A stretch of DNA of 64,000 nt, taken from positions 1,302,001-1,366,000 of the forward strand of contig JBLDXI010000001.1 of the NCBI GenBank assembly GCA_047495785.1, read 5' to 3'. Of this stretch, positions 26,746 through 38,574 are shown piece after piece. The stretch is from Lepidodermella squamata (taxonomy: Eukaryota; Animalia; Gastrotricha). Made by a program: the position numbers and the translations under genes. How positions within the stretch are numbered: position 1 is the first letter of the stretch; each line of letters opens with the position of its first letter. The notes below the pieces were generated by a model. The model searched no databases and had not been told where the DNA came from. It saw only the letters and a program-made list of their open reading frames with translations.

Positions 26746-27110
26746 AAGACGTCGACAATCGCGGCCGTTTCACCAACATGGATACTTCATTTCCTGAAAA
26801 CAAAAGAAAACGGCAGCGTGTCCCACACAAATACATACCGCTTTTGCATATCCGCGCGATCAGAGCCAGTAATTTTAGTTATCTTTCTTTCATTCTTTGT
26901 TCTTTGTTCTTTGTTCTTTGTTTCTTTGTTCCCGGAATTTATTGCCGTGGAAAAAGAAAATAATCCAATTAACTAGAATTAACCCCAAACACGATAAGGA
27001 TCAGGCTCGCTAATTAGAAAAAGTTAAATTATTATTCCAATTCAAGATGAATAGTAGAAAATTTCGTGGTTACAGTTAACAACGATTGCCTCGCATTAAG
27101 TCACCTCGAA

Positions 27111-28136
27111 TCAAAAGGGCTCAGCAGTCGTTAAATTCCAGCCCGCTGCCATTTTCTCTCGAGCAAAATCGTCGACTCGCTTTTCCAAGTCTGGCGTGAA
27201 GTAATTTTTCCAGTCTCCGACAACTCCTAACAAAATTTACATAATGTGTAATAGGTGCAGATTGCACATTCAAGAGATATTCCGACCTTTTCTAATGAAA
27301 GACTCTGATGGATGCCAAATAAAGTTTTTCGAGCTGAATGTTCCATTGTAGTCTTTCTTCATAGCCTCAAAACTCGTGGCTTCGTAAATTTTAGCAAAAA
27401 TCTCGTCCGATAAGTCATCCTTTCCGATGAATGTTGCGATTTTTCGTATCGCGGCCATTCGATCCTGTTTCATCTCCTCGTAACAAATCAGCAACAGGTT
27501 GCTCTCGCCAGATTGTTTAGCCTGTACAAAGCTGAGCAGGTTTTTATCCCAGGGTGCCCATTGAAACTTGCCTCGAAGAAACATGTCAACAAATTGCTCG
27601 AATGTCCCTTGATATCCCTGAACAATCGTCGCCCTAGCATGGTGAAAATTCGATACAATCAAGTCTTTTAAATTGCGATACACGTGGATGACTTTGCCGG
27701 TGAAAACATCCCTGGGAAGTAAGCTAACTGGCATGTGCGTTTTGAACATTCGAGGCGGCTCTCTAGCTGCCAGACTTGCCAAATCCCTCTTCGAGCCGAA
27801 ATCAGGCCTGGGAAACTCATAACACTCGAAATGCGGTATGCGATCATCAATGGAAGCCGTTGTTTCGAAATCCTGGGTTAGCAGATACCATACGATATAT
27901 TCCGTCCAAGTGGTGCCCGATTTAGGGAAGCTGGATATCCACACATCGCTCGATCTGCATTCGAATGACTTTATTCGATCCAATACTGCGTCTATTGGGC
28001 GTATGAGGGTGAAGCCTTCGGCCTCAAATATTGGTAGTCCTAGCTCTGGGTCGATCTTATCCAATAGGTCGCCCATGGCCATATTTCGAAATCCCGTTAA
28101 TTCCTCTTGCGTCCAAAGCTGCTTTAAATCGCTCAT
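27111..28136 (-). CDS. Cytosolic sulfotransferase D (4-nt deletion alters the last residues)
   Basis: All core motifs present; exon 2 has gcagcggg where paralog C has gcagatagcggg. Confidence 0.88.
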
Positions 28137-28635
28137 TTTCGAAAACCTCTTGAAATAAATTACGCACCGGTAAATTATAGGTATGTACTATGTATGGTCA
28201 AATTAAAAAATTAAAATGAGGAATGGACAACGATTTTTAAGTTGTTGGATTATAAAGCTTTCAGAAAAATACGACTAGCCTCCATGTCAATTTTACGCTA
28301 CCTAACACGGTGAAACTCACATATCTTTGAATTGGCAATATGGAAAAAGTGTGTTTTTTTACAGCTAGCAAACAAACCGTATGGCGGAACAGACTATTCC
28401 TATATACTATTCCTTCATGAAAAAAACTCAATAACCACCTCAGGCTTTCAAATATATTATGCCTCTTGCGTGATAATTTGAAGCAAAACCTTTGCCATAG
28501 ATGGGGCATGAACACATGAAAAGTAATCAAGTTTGACCTTCATTGCGGCCTTCTGTTCATATTAAACCGGATAATAAGCAAAAAGGATAAAGGAATGGAT
28601 AGATAAATGGGGAGGGAGCAAAATTATTCATCGAA

Positions 28636-28707
28636 AGGCCCAGGCGGGAATTGAACCCGCGATCTTCTGTTTACGAGACAGACGCTCTACCACTAAGCTA
28701 CTGAGCC
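28636..28707 (-). tRNA. trnT: tRNA-Thr(CGT)
   Basis: Identical to the other two copies; different upstream flank. Confidence 0.93.
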
Positions 28708-29284
28708 GCGACACATCCTCCAAGCATGAAAGGTAAATTTCGAAGGGTGTTTACTTCCTTTGTTCCAGTATTTCCCATACCTGCAATAGCGAGATAAAAA
28801 ATTTAGAATAAACTTTTAGGAGGAGAGCTTCAATTGCCTTTTTTATTACTTTCCACGTTCAGATCTTCAGGTCTAATTAACAATGACTCATTTCACCGAC
28901 TTCTGCTCTGTTAGCATTCCACCGTTTTTCGGGTGTGGCTCGTTATTTTTGACCCGAAAAAATCGCCGTAAACTCGTTTCCAGGCCCCTTTGACCGCATG
29001 CAGACAAAACGCCATTGATTGCGCGAGCATACTACTATTATGCAACACATAATCAATGGCGCGTGTCGGAGACACAACATATTACACTGTATACAGAACG
29101 CCATCTCGAGTGCCAAGTCTGGTTTGCACCGAGTTACGCTGACGGCGATGAGTGCAAACGGCTATTATTCACGTGTTGGTGGTGGTGCAAGTGGTGTGGT
29201 TGATGCTGTGTGTCTGTTAGCCTGAAAATTCTGTTTGATACCCATCTGAGACTTTGAATCATATTCTCTTCAAGGATAACGATA

Positions 29285-30784
29285 ATGAGATCTTACAAAT
29301 TGCACATTTCAATTTTATTCGCGATTTTGTTTAAAAATTCGATCTGGTAAATTTTCAACGATTTTTTTAAATAATTTAATTTAATGAAATTTTAATATTA
29401 ATTTTCAGTGAAAATATCGAATTTAATTTAATTTAATGAAATTTTAATATTAATTTTCAGTGAAAATATCGAATTTAATTTAATTTAATGAAATTTTAAT
29501 ATTAATTTTCAGTGAAAATATCGAATTTAATTTAATTTAATGAAATTTTAATATTAATTTTCAGTGAAAATATCGAATTTAATTTAATTTAATGAAATTT
29601 TAATATTAATTTTCAGTGAAAATATCGAATTGGCTGTGAACCCAAATTGTAACCAGACAGCCTGTTGCTACCCCTTACTTGGCCTCGGCTGCTTCACGAC
29701 CGATCCACCATTCAACGACATGCCCCTACCCGAAGATCCAGCCCTAATCCCGCCTGATTACTGGCTCTATCGAGTCGAACCAGGAAAAAACGTTATTAGA
29801 CCAATAAAAATTACGGACCCTTCAAACCTAAATACAAACGATCTTATCATTCTCATCCACGGCTTCGGCGGGAATATGAATAATCTACCGTGGAAAGAGC
29901 AGATGGTTATGGAGTTGCTGAAGGCCCGTCCTAGTGCCGATATTTTGTTCATCGAATGGGCGAGAGGTGCCGATAAGTACGTCACATTTTCCGGCTACCG
30001 CCTGGCCGCGTCGAACACGCGCATGATCGGCGCCATGGCTGCGGAATTTGTCGCGCAAAATCCACATTTCGACCCGGCAATGACCTACTGCATTGGGTTC
30101 AGCCTCGGCGCTCACGTCTGCGGGTTCATGGCGAAATTTCGGCGGTGGAAATGGCAGCGGCTGACTGCCTTAGACCCGGCTAGGCCGAATTTCGATAAAC
30201 CTGACCCGGCTGGTAGGGTGGATAAATCCGATGCTAATTTCATGGATGTTATCCACACGAGTGCTGCTGAGGGTATTCAATTTCCTATCGGCCACGTCGA
30301 CTTTTGGGTGGGTGAAAATTGACGAAATTCAATTTCACTTTTCAACGATTCTTTCCAGGTCAATGATGCGAAACATCAACCGGGTTGTAGTCGGTTTTTT
30401 CGCGTGAAACGCTCCATGCCACTGCCTAAACTTCAAATCGAAGCCGCAGCGATGCACGAGTCGATATGGGACTGGATAGAAGACTACGTTGGGTGTTCAC
30501 ATGAACGGGCGCCAACTTTATTCCACCTGTCAATAAATTTGCCGTCAAACTGCACATTTGCCCCGTTTTGCCCGTGCACTTATTCGGAGAAGGAAGGTGT
30601 TCGATATATGGACACACCGCCTAGTGCTAATACGACATGTGCAGATGAAAAGCGGCAATCTTTCGGCTATCGATCGATCCCGAATAGACTTGGATCCTAC
30701 TGTGGTATAACTCTAGATAAATTACCGTTCTACTTCTGCAAACAGGCGATGGCTGCTTCTCAAATTTACCTTGAAAAAAATTGA
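29285..30784 (+). CDS. Secreted pancreatic-lipase-family enzyme (catalytic domain only, no PLAT domain)
   Basis: Signal-peptide exon, LGLGCF, IHGF, GFSLG nucleophile elbow, LDPARP, DVIHTS, GHVDFW, CSHERA. Confidence 0.88.
29372..29631 (+). repeat. 5 x 52-bp tandem repeat spanning the lipase intron 1/exon 2 boundary
   Basis: ttttcag|tgaaaatatcgaatt recurs with AG ending at 29408, 29460, 29512, 29564 and 29616. Confidence 0.95.
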
Positions 30785-32454
30785 ATTTTTCAAGAATTTT
30801 TAGCTCATTTTGTTCATGCAGCATGATAATGTGAAATGATTTTGGTTTTATTTTTCCAAATATTTATATCTCAAAATGTAATGTGAATAAAATTTCGGAT
30901 AATGTGGCCGCTGTCTGGTTTGATAAAATCGAAATTAAGCTATATCTCTCATCTAGCTGATGCGGCTTGACAGGCAAAAACTGATACCGATTTAGGTATG
31001 AATGCTGATGCCGCCTACGATTTTACGGGCTACACACGAAGGTTAAGCACGATTTTCACATTGACCAATTTCGCGGTTCTTTCAGCAGCGCGCACGGAGA
31101 ATAAATCATAAATCATTATTGTTAAGAAGAGGCTACATCGATGGCGTTTGATATCTGGCCCACTGTATTTATACATACCTACCTTATAGCAAGCAGTATA
31201 GTAGTAATAGGTTGAGATACGAAACCATGCGAGCGCGCGCGCAAGATGAGAAAGCGCGCGCAGGCCGAAATCGAACGGTAAACAAGTTGCGCGTATATTA
31301 TTATTACTATCCCCAGCGCATCTTTTTGCGCTCGCCCGCTCGCTCACTCGCGCGCGCGCTCATTTATGCGCGTGCGCACACGCACAGTCTTGTCCATCTC
31401 CCGCATGTATCTGCTTCGTAACAGCGCATAAATAAAACCTACCGAGTTATAATAGCTTCTGCAACGCGCGATTTTGGCCCCGTTCATCTCCAGCCGTTCA
31501 AAACGCACGCCTTATCTTTACTATAATATACGATGTATAAAACCGCAATCGATTGATGCGTGTATTCTCCCATATTAGTTGGTATTGTTATTACTAGGAA
31601 GAAGGCTCTAGGCTGCGCGCGATTAGTGTGTGGTACCTATGCAATATGCAACCTCTCTCGCCAATATCATCTGGGCGGGCAAAACAAGGCAAAACAACAA
31701 GTTAGTTGCCGTTCTAGAATCCAATCAGGCATCACACGGCTCGTTTCCGCTTCGGCCGGATATGCGACCGGCGAAAAAAATGCAAGAACTTTTTTGCGTA
31801 TATTACGCGGCTATAACCCAACCCGCGCCCGGCCAACAGCGCATCATATCGCGAAGCACTTAATATTATTACTGTATAAGTGGTGCGATGCTATTCGACG
31901 CGCTAAAAAATATTGTATGCGAGCAGGTTTAGCAGCGAATAAATATAATAACGGGCCTTATTTTTTCGCCGAGAGTGTAATAATAACTCACATTATAACT
32001 TCTTAACTAAACGCTGTATCACACCAGATAAGATGTATCAAGAACAGCTGATATATACCTACCTTCTTGTTTTGGCATTATTTTGTGCTTTTTGCGCAGA
32101 TGGAATCTCGTGTGTGGCAATAAATTACACATACGGGCATGCCGATTTTGTGGCGGTATATGGCGGAACTGTGGAGCCTTCATACAACCCCACCATCGGT
32201 TCACATCTGTTTCATTTCGCCACAAATTGTCTCTTTTGTTGTTATTTTCAAACGCGTTTTTTTACAACGTAAACACGTATACGTGATTCAATGCTCCAAC
32301 GTATATAGCTTTAATTCATTTGTATTCGATGCGGTTTAATCACCTGAGAAATGACCTCAAAATATTGACCGATTTTCTTTTGAATTTTATAGATATTAAG
32401 TAGGATTATTATTATTGTAGCTGACCGCTTTTTCGAATTCGCTTCTTAGACAAA

Positions 32455-34249
32455 ATGCCGAAAGTTCCGCCACTCGAACTGGACGGCTTGGATTCGCACG
32501 CCCTTGCAGTAAGTTAATAATTCTTCAGGGTTCATCATTAGATTTTTTACCATAATAATAACTGGCGAATTATTCGATTTTTATGAACTATTTTTCTCCC
32601 ATGTTGATTTATAATGACTTATTTTCTAATTTTAGGAAAAAGTCAAGGACCTTCACGAAGCCCTACTAGCCAGTGTATTAAGCCGTTATGATCTCGAGGA
32701 GCAGTTCAAGGCTCGTCAATACGACGTAAAATGATCATTTCTCACCGAAGGTTGCTGTTTCAGCCATTTATTTCAATTCCATTTTTAGATCATTGAACTT
32801 CAAGAACGCGTTCGTCAGCAAAGCAAGGGGTTCGATTTTATCACAGCCTTTTCTGGCCTGTCTTAAATTCCTGATATTTTATTTTTAGAACTGGCAAGCG
32901 TGACCGCAGCATGTCAGTCGCCGTTGGAGCGTAAGTTCGATAAATTCAATATTTTTCCTGATCAAACTCGATTTCATATATGATGCCTTATTATGAGCAA
33001 TTTCTCACATAATTTTCCTCATTGAAATATCCAGAGCTGGAAAGTCGGGGTCTGTTTTTTGTTGCTAATTTTAGCTGATAAGCAATTAGCAATGACTCGA
33101 GCCTAGAAAAATTTCTATAAAATTATGATTATTTAGGTCACGTAGATTTTTCGTTAATTTTCCCTTCTGCGGGACTCTTTAATTTGTAGTAAAAAATATA
33201 GGATCTATGACTTGCGTTGCTCTCATTTAATCTTATATCTCCTTACTCGTAGTCATAGAACAAAAATATCTTCAAAAGGCCGCTTTTGTCGCGGCCTCAA
33301 AATTCCTTATTTTAGAGCAGATATAATTTTTAACGTATACATTTCAGCAAATTACCTATTCCGGTATTCCGGGAATCATTTCACCTGCGCTCGAATTATT
33401 AAAATCGCAGTCAACTTAATTTCAATTGACTTAATTTTATTTCATTGAGCGTTAAACGAGATTCTTGTAAATTTAGATTAGCCAGCTGAAGGTTTCCAAA
33501 GTTAAATTTAGCTGTAAAAATTTTCACCTGCCTTTGTTCGCTTCGGCAGTCGGTGTTTTTTGTGTTTTTTTGTCTATATTTTATTAATTTCTCAAAATTT
33601 TAGTCGAGAAAATTGCTCCAGATTTTGTTTACTAATATTCCGTTTTTAACCTATATTTCAAATATTTAGTGACCGACTCTCCGACAAGTACACCAACGCT
33701 CCGGTGAGTGAATTATTTAATTTCTTCGTGTAAAAATGAAAATATGAATTTGGCTGCATTACAGCCCAAAGTCGAAGTGTGCAGCAAATTCGATCGCAAG
33801 ACCGACTCGCGCACCTACGACCAAAAGCGAACCCTATATGCCAGCCCTCTTGCCAAGGCCCCTATTCCAGGTAATTAATGTCAGGCAATTTTTTATAGTT
33901 GAGACTTGGAAAATTATTTTGAATAGGTCTTCCTGCTGCTTTGCTCGACAAAACGCAGGACGCGCAGGTGTGGATGGCCAATCGTAACGCTGTCGGCTAC
34001 GACAAGATAAAAAACCGCACAGCCAGTCTTTCGAACTTGACAACTACGTCCGATCTGATCCCAGTCAACAGCCTGGTACCGCCGCCCATCCGCAAGCCGC
34101 ACAAGGGCAAGGGCAAAGGCCTGCGATCGATCGACGAGGCGAGCGATGCCGAGCCCGAAGAATCTTCGCCCCACCAGAACCACCACGACGAAGAAGAAGC
34201 TGCGAGCCATCACGAAGAAGAAGAACAGCCGGCAGAGGAGGATGAATAG
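32455..34249 (+). CDS. TnT: Troponin T-like protein, C-terminal (TnT2) half plus acidic tail
   Basis: Spliced product includes VPPLELDGL...EKVKDLHEAL...RYDLEEQFKARQYDIIELQERVRQQ and PPKVEVCSKFDRKTDSRTYDQKRTLY, matching the invertebrate TnT C-terminal region; Glu-rich end. Confidence 0.8.
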
Positions 34250-36184
34250 ACGCGAAAATAATAATTAAAATAATAATTAAAAAAAGACAAAAAAATAATT
34301 ATACGAAGCCAAAATTTCAACCTCAAATTCTTGTGTAATTTTCTCTGTCTCAAAGATGCTGATATGACACATGCTTGCCTTAAAAAAAATACATGTCCCA
34401 CTTCATGTCGATATTATATATCGTGCTTTTTTGTTCGCGAATCGCCCGATCCTTATTTTATCTCTCGCTTTAATTGCGTGACTTGAGGTTTATCATCATC
34501 ATCGAAAATTCAAAAAGCGTTGTCCTTACAGTCGCTATAGGTTGAACAACGATAATAATACATTCGAACGAATAGTAATAAACGGCGCCGAAAATTACGA
34601 ACAACAACTATGTCGGCGGCGTAAAATTTTTATCAATTGAGCATATCACATGTTATTCGTGTGAGAACCGGTGAGTGCTCCTTCTCTCTTCTTACTCACT
34701 GTTTCTGTCTTAACCACCTCTATATTAATACATTATTTTATTGTAAAAAATAAGTATACCTATTAATCAAGTTACTAACCTTGAATCATGATATAGATGT
34801 TGTAGTAGTCATCAAGTTTTGGGTCGCTTTTTTCTATCCGCCTTTCGCCCTCTCATGTGCGCTTCGTTTAGTTACCCGCCGCCGATGATTTTTTTGGTTC
34901 TCATGCTTGGAAAGGCGCTGAAACGGCTCGGCGCCTTTCACTCGTCATCGCCTTGCGCTGTCTGGATGATAAACGCACAACGCTCTGTTTGTTGATGATA
35001 TCTGCTGTTATTGTATTAACACGCATTATAAAAATTATATCATTATTACATGTTCACTGTTTTACTTTGATAATATATCATCATGATTCGACTTATTTAT
35101 TATCGCTATACACTATTCTACATGTGTAAAAACTACAATTCAATGTCCAAAGGCGAAAATGATCAATCACTTTTATATATAGAGGAAATTGGTTACAATG
35201 AAAAAAAAACTTTCGTGTTGAATACCGGGGTCGTTTTTTTCCAAGTTTCCAAAAGTGACCAATCAAACCTTGAGCTTGCGTCAGACAACGAGTAATCGGA
35301 TTCCAGAGTTTTTCCGATAAAATTAATTAATTTCAAAGATAGAATTTCAGACATCAGCTAATCAGCTAAGGCATTTAAATTGGCGAATGTGGATGTGGAA
35401 AATGACAGGAACATCCCAGGACATTCGGACAATAATTTGGTGGAATAATTCCAACTTTAAAGCGAAAGAAAAAGAAAAAGCATTTTTAGCTGAGTTGTCG
35501 AAAGGTCAAATTCCTGGTAAAATGAAAACAGATATTTTCCAAATTACACGAAAATTTCCAATATTATCATTATCATTATCAAAATAGATTTATTTTCTAC
35601 CAATTTTATGCAGGCGTCCCAGATTTATTTTCTTGAGCATTTCCTGGCATTTCCTCTCTGTTGGATGACCATGCCATGTCAGCGAGGTGATCGATCGGCT
35701 ATCATCGAATAATAGGTCACATGGGTAATTTTGATTCGCAACCTTAACTATTAACATTTCAAGTAAAAAAAGATAGAAAAGAAACAGAGAGAAGAGGTTA
35801 CATTGTACTATTAAATTTCAGCTAAATATTTGTTTTAGTTGAAAAAAAAGATTAGGAAAATGGCAAGGTGAAAAAAGGTGCGACGCCGAGTTTTTCCAAG
35901 ATTTCCCAACAATTTTCCAGAGCTTGTCTACTTTCCACATTCTGCTAAATATTTGGAGTTGAACGATTTGTTATTCCATTGAGATTTTCATAATTGACCT
36001 TGTGGACGCTCGACGCCGCGTGCCCGTTATTCGATTATCGGGCACGTGCTGGTAAAATCAAAATAACATCTATTTTAAAACGGGCTGGAAAATAATAAAC
36101 AGGTCGAAAGCGAGCTCGCGATTTCAATCGTGTTAGGACACGTGGAGCGGCGTTGCACAACACGGAAAATCCGTCGGCCGGTGG

Positions 36185-36194
36185 TATATTTAAG
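36185..36194 (+). promoter_or_regulatory. TATA-like box upstream of gene A (conserved at 43260-43269)
   Basis: ggtggTATATTTAAg about 90 nt upstream of the ATG in both copies. Confidence 0.55.
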
Positions 36195-36275
36195 GGCATA
36201 CCGAAGACTGGTTAAACATCAACCAGCCTCTTCTCATATTTTCTCATCAGTTTATTCTCTCATTTCAATCAAAAA

Positions 36276-36921
36276 ATGCGTCTTGTTTTGGTTGCAGCTG
36301 TCGTTGCTCTTTTCTGCATCGGTGAGCAGGAGAATCAATATCAATTCATCTAGTTTCAACTTTGATTTTTTTTCAGCCGCCACCTCAGCGAACATCGGCA
36401 AACGCGGTCGGGGCAACAATGTCTCCGCCTCGGTGAACAAGAAGTCGGCCTCCGCCTCAGCTGGTGATAACCGTGGTCGTCGTGGATTCATCGGCCACCG
36501 TGGTCGCCGCGGCAACTTCGCCTCTGCCTCGGTCAACCGCCGCTCCGCTTCGGCTTCAGCCGGCAACAACCGCGGCCGTCGTGGCCACTTCATCGGCCGC
36601 CGTCGCGGTGGCAACTACGCCTCGGCCTCTGTCAACAAGAACTCCGCCTCCGCCTCAGCTGGTGACAACCGTGGCCGCCGTGGCCATTTCATCGGCCGCC
36701 GTGGCTCCCGCTCGTCCGCGTCTGGCTCCTTCCGCGGCCGTCGCCATGGACGCGGTTTCTATGGCCGCCGTCACGGTGGTCGCTTCGGTCGTCACGGTCG
36801 CCGTGGATTCTACGGCCGTGGTCACTATGGTTACGGTCGCCGTCATGGCCGCGGTTTCTTCAGCGGCTCGTACTCGTCCGGCGACTTCCATGGCCGTCGT
36901 CACCATGCTTTCTGGAATTAA
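36276..36921 (+). CDS. Secreted Arg/Gly/His-rich repetitive protein A, copy 1
   Basis: Exon 1 36276-36321 encodes signal peptide MRLVLVAAVVALFCI; 55-nt intron; exon 2 has 3 SASVN..SASASAG.NRGRRG.FIG repeats and a G/R/H/F/Y tail; strong codon bias. Confidence 0.88.
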
Positions 36922-37052
36922 AAGCCACCTCAAGAACTTGTATCAAATTGCGATAAAGATTATTTATTCATCGAAATTTGATGAAAAAGAAATGCAAATT
37001 ATTCTTCAATTATTCTTTAATAATTATAGATTTTGTTTCGATTTGATTGAAG

Positions 37053-38151
37053 ATGCGAGGATTCTTGGTTCTCTCTGTCATTGCTTTGGGCTGCATCGGT
37101 AGGATTTCCCAAACTTTTCAATAGCGAAATTATTGCCTTTGTTTCAGCCCTGACCTCTGCCACTTTTGACCATGGCAAGAAAGCCGGTCCCAAGGGTGGT
37201 CGCCGTGCCGGTTACTCCGCCTCGGTCGAGAAACGCGACACGTACGATCGCAAGTCCGCGTCTGCTGAGCAAGAATCCGGTGCCATCAACTACGCCTCGG
37301 CCGATGCCTCGCACAACAAGAAGACCAGCGACAAGCGCAAGTTGATCAAAACCCGATCGGCGAGCCGCGAACGCGCCTCCGCCTCCTACGCCTCAGCTGG
37401 CAAGCGCGACTCTGCCTACGACCGCAAGAAGTCCAAGGCCGGCAGCAAGCGCCGCAACCGCGTCATCCGCAAGAGCGACTCGGCTGCCTTCGCCAAGCAC
37501 GACAACGCCTACGCTGGAGATGGCGCCGCCGCCGCTGCCGAGAAGCACAAGCGCAACAAGAAGCACGGCCGTGCTGACCACAAGCGCAAGGCTGCCCTGC
37601 ACAAGGACCAGGCCCGCGACAAGGCCGGCGAGGTGATCGAGTTCAAGAAGAAGACCTTCACCGACAAGGGCACGAACAAGGTCGACAAGTTCAGCTTCGA
37701 ATCGGGCGCCAATGACTTTGCTGCCTTCGACTCTGACGGCGCTGCCACGACTGCCAGCCGCAAGAAGACCGCCAAGAAGGCCCATGGCAAGAAGTCCCGC
37801 AAGGCCCACTCTGCCGACTACGCTTCCCGCGACTCGAGCGCCTCGGCTGCCGCTGCCTCGAAGAAGGCGAAGCGCAACAAGGCCCACCACCGCCGCGCCT
37901 CGACCTCGGTCGCTCGTGACTCGCGCAACGCCCGCGACTACAAGGCTGGCCAGAAGAAGACCTTCGAATCTGACTCGGCCCACACCCGCAAGGCCGCGGC
38001 CAAGAAGTCGCACAAGCGTGCCTCCGCCTCGGCTGAACGCGCCACCCACGACTTCCACGGATCTTTCTCTGTCAGCGCCCGCGACAACTACGGCAAGAAG
38101 GGTGGCAAGAAGGGTGGAAAGAAGGGCGGCAAGCACGGCTACTACTATTGA
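37053..38151 (+). CDS. Secreted Lys/Ala/Ser/Arg-rich protein B, copy 1
   Basis: Exon 1 37053-37098 encodes signal peptide MRGFLVLSVIALGCI; 49-nt intron; ends KKGGKKGGKKGGKHGYYY; AATAAA near 38222. Confidence 0.88.
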
Positions 38152-38574
38152 GTGAATTCAATTAACTACCGTATTGAACCCATGTTATTCCGTTGATGTT
38201 TTTCGGAGGTTTATTTTTGAAAATAAAGACATGCGCTTTGAGCTGAAATTGAGGTTAAAAGTCATTCGTAATTTTCTGCTAAAGGGTTCTGTTAAAGGGT
38301 TGGACAAAAACGTCTATTCCCGTGTTTTTGGAAGTCTCCAATTCCCTACTAAAATTGCCGTTTTTTCTGAATAGCTGTTTTTTTCCAAATTCCCAGAGAA
38401 ACCTGTAAATACGAGTTCATTTTCATACGAGTAAAGTTCATTTTCAACCAGAGCCGGAAAACATGCCAAACACGCGCGACTGGCACGCAGGAAATCTTTG
38501 GATTTTTAGGAAATTTTTCCTTCAGGAATAGTTGAAATTGTACATGGTTAATGGCAATTTTATCTGGGAAAAAG

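Larger units (their letters stand above)
35900..38240 (+). repeat. Segmental duplication copy 1 (promoter + gene A + gene B)
   Basis: Colinear with about 43007-45335; coding regions near-identical, upstream region more diverged; boundaries approximate. Confidence 0.9.

Noticed and set aside
29372-29631. Regularly spaced repeats resembling a CRISPR array
   Set aside because: Units are contiguous and identical with no unique spacers, in a eukaryotic context
37393-38155. Long antisense and alternate-frame ORFs over genes A and B (also 44217-45234)
   Set aside because: Shadow ORFs expected from the strong codon bias and low-complexity composition
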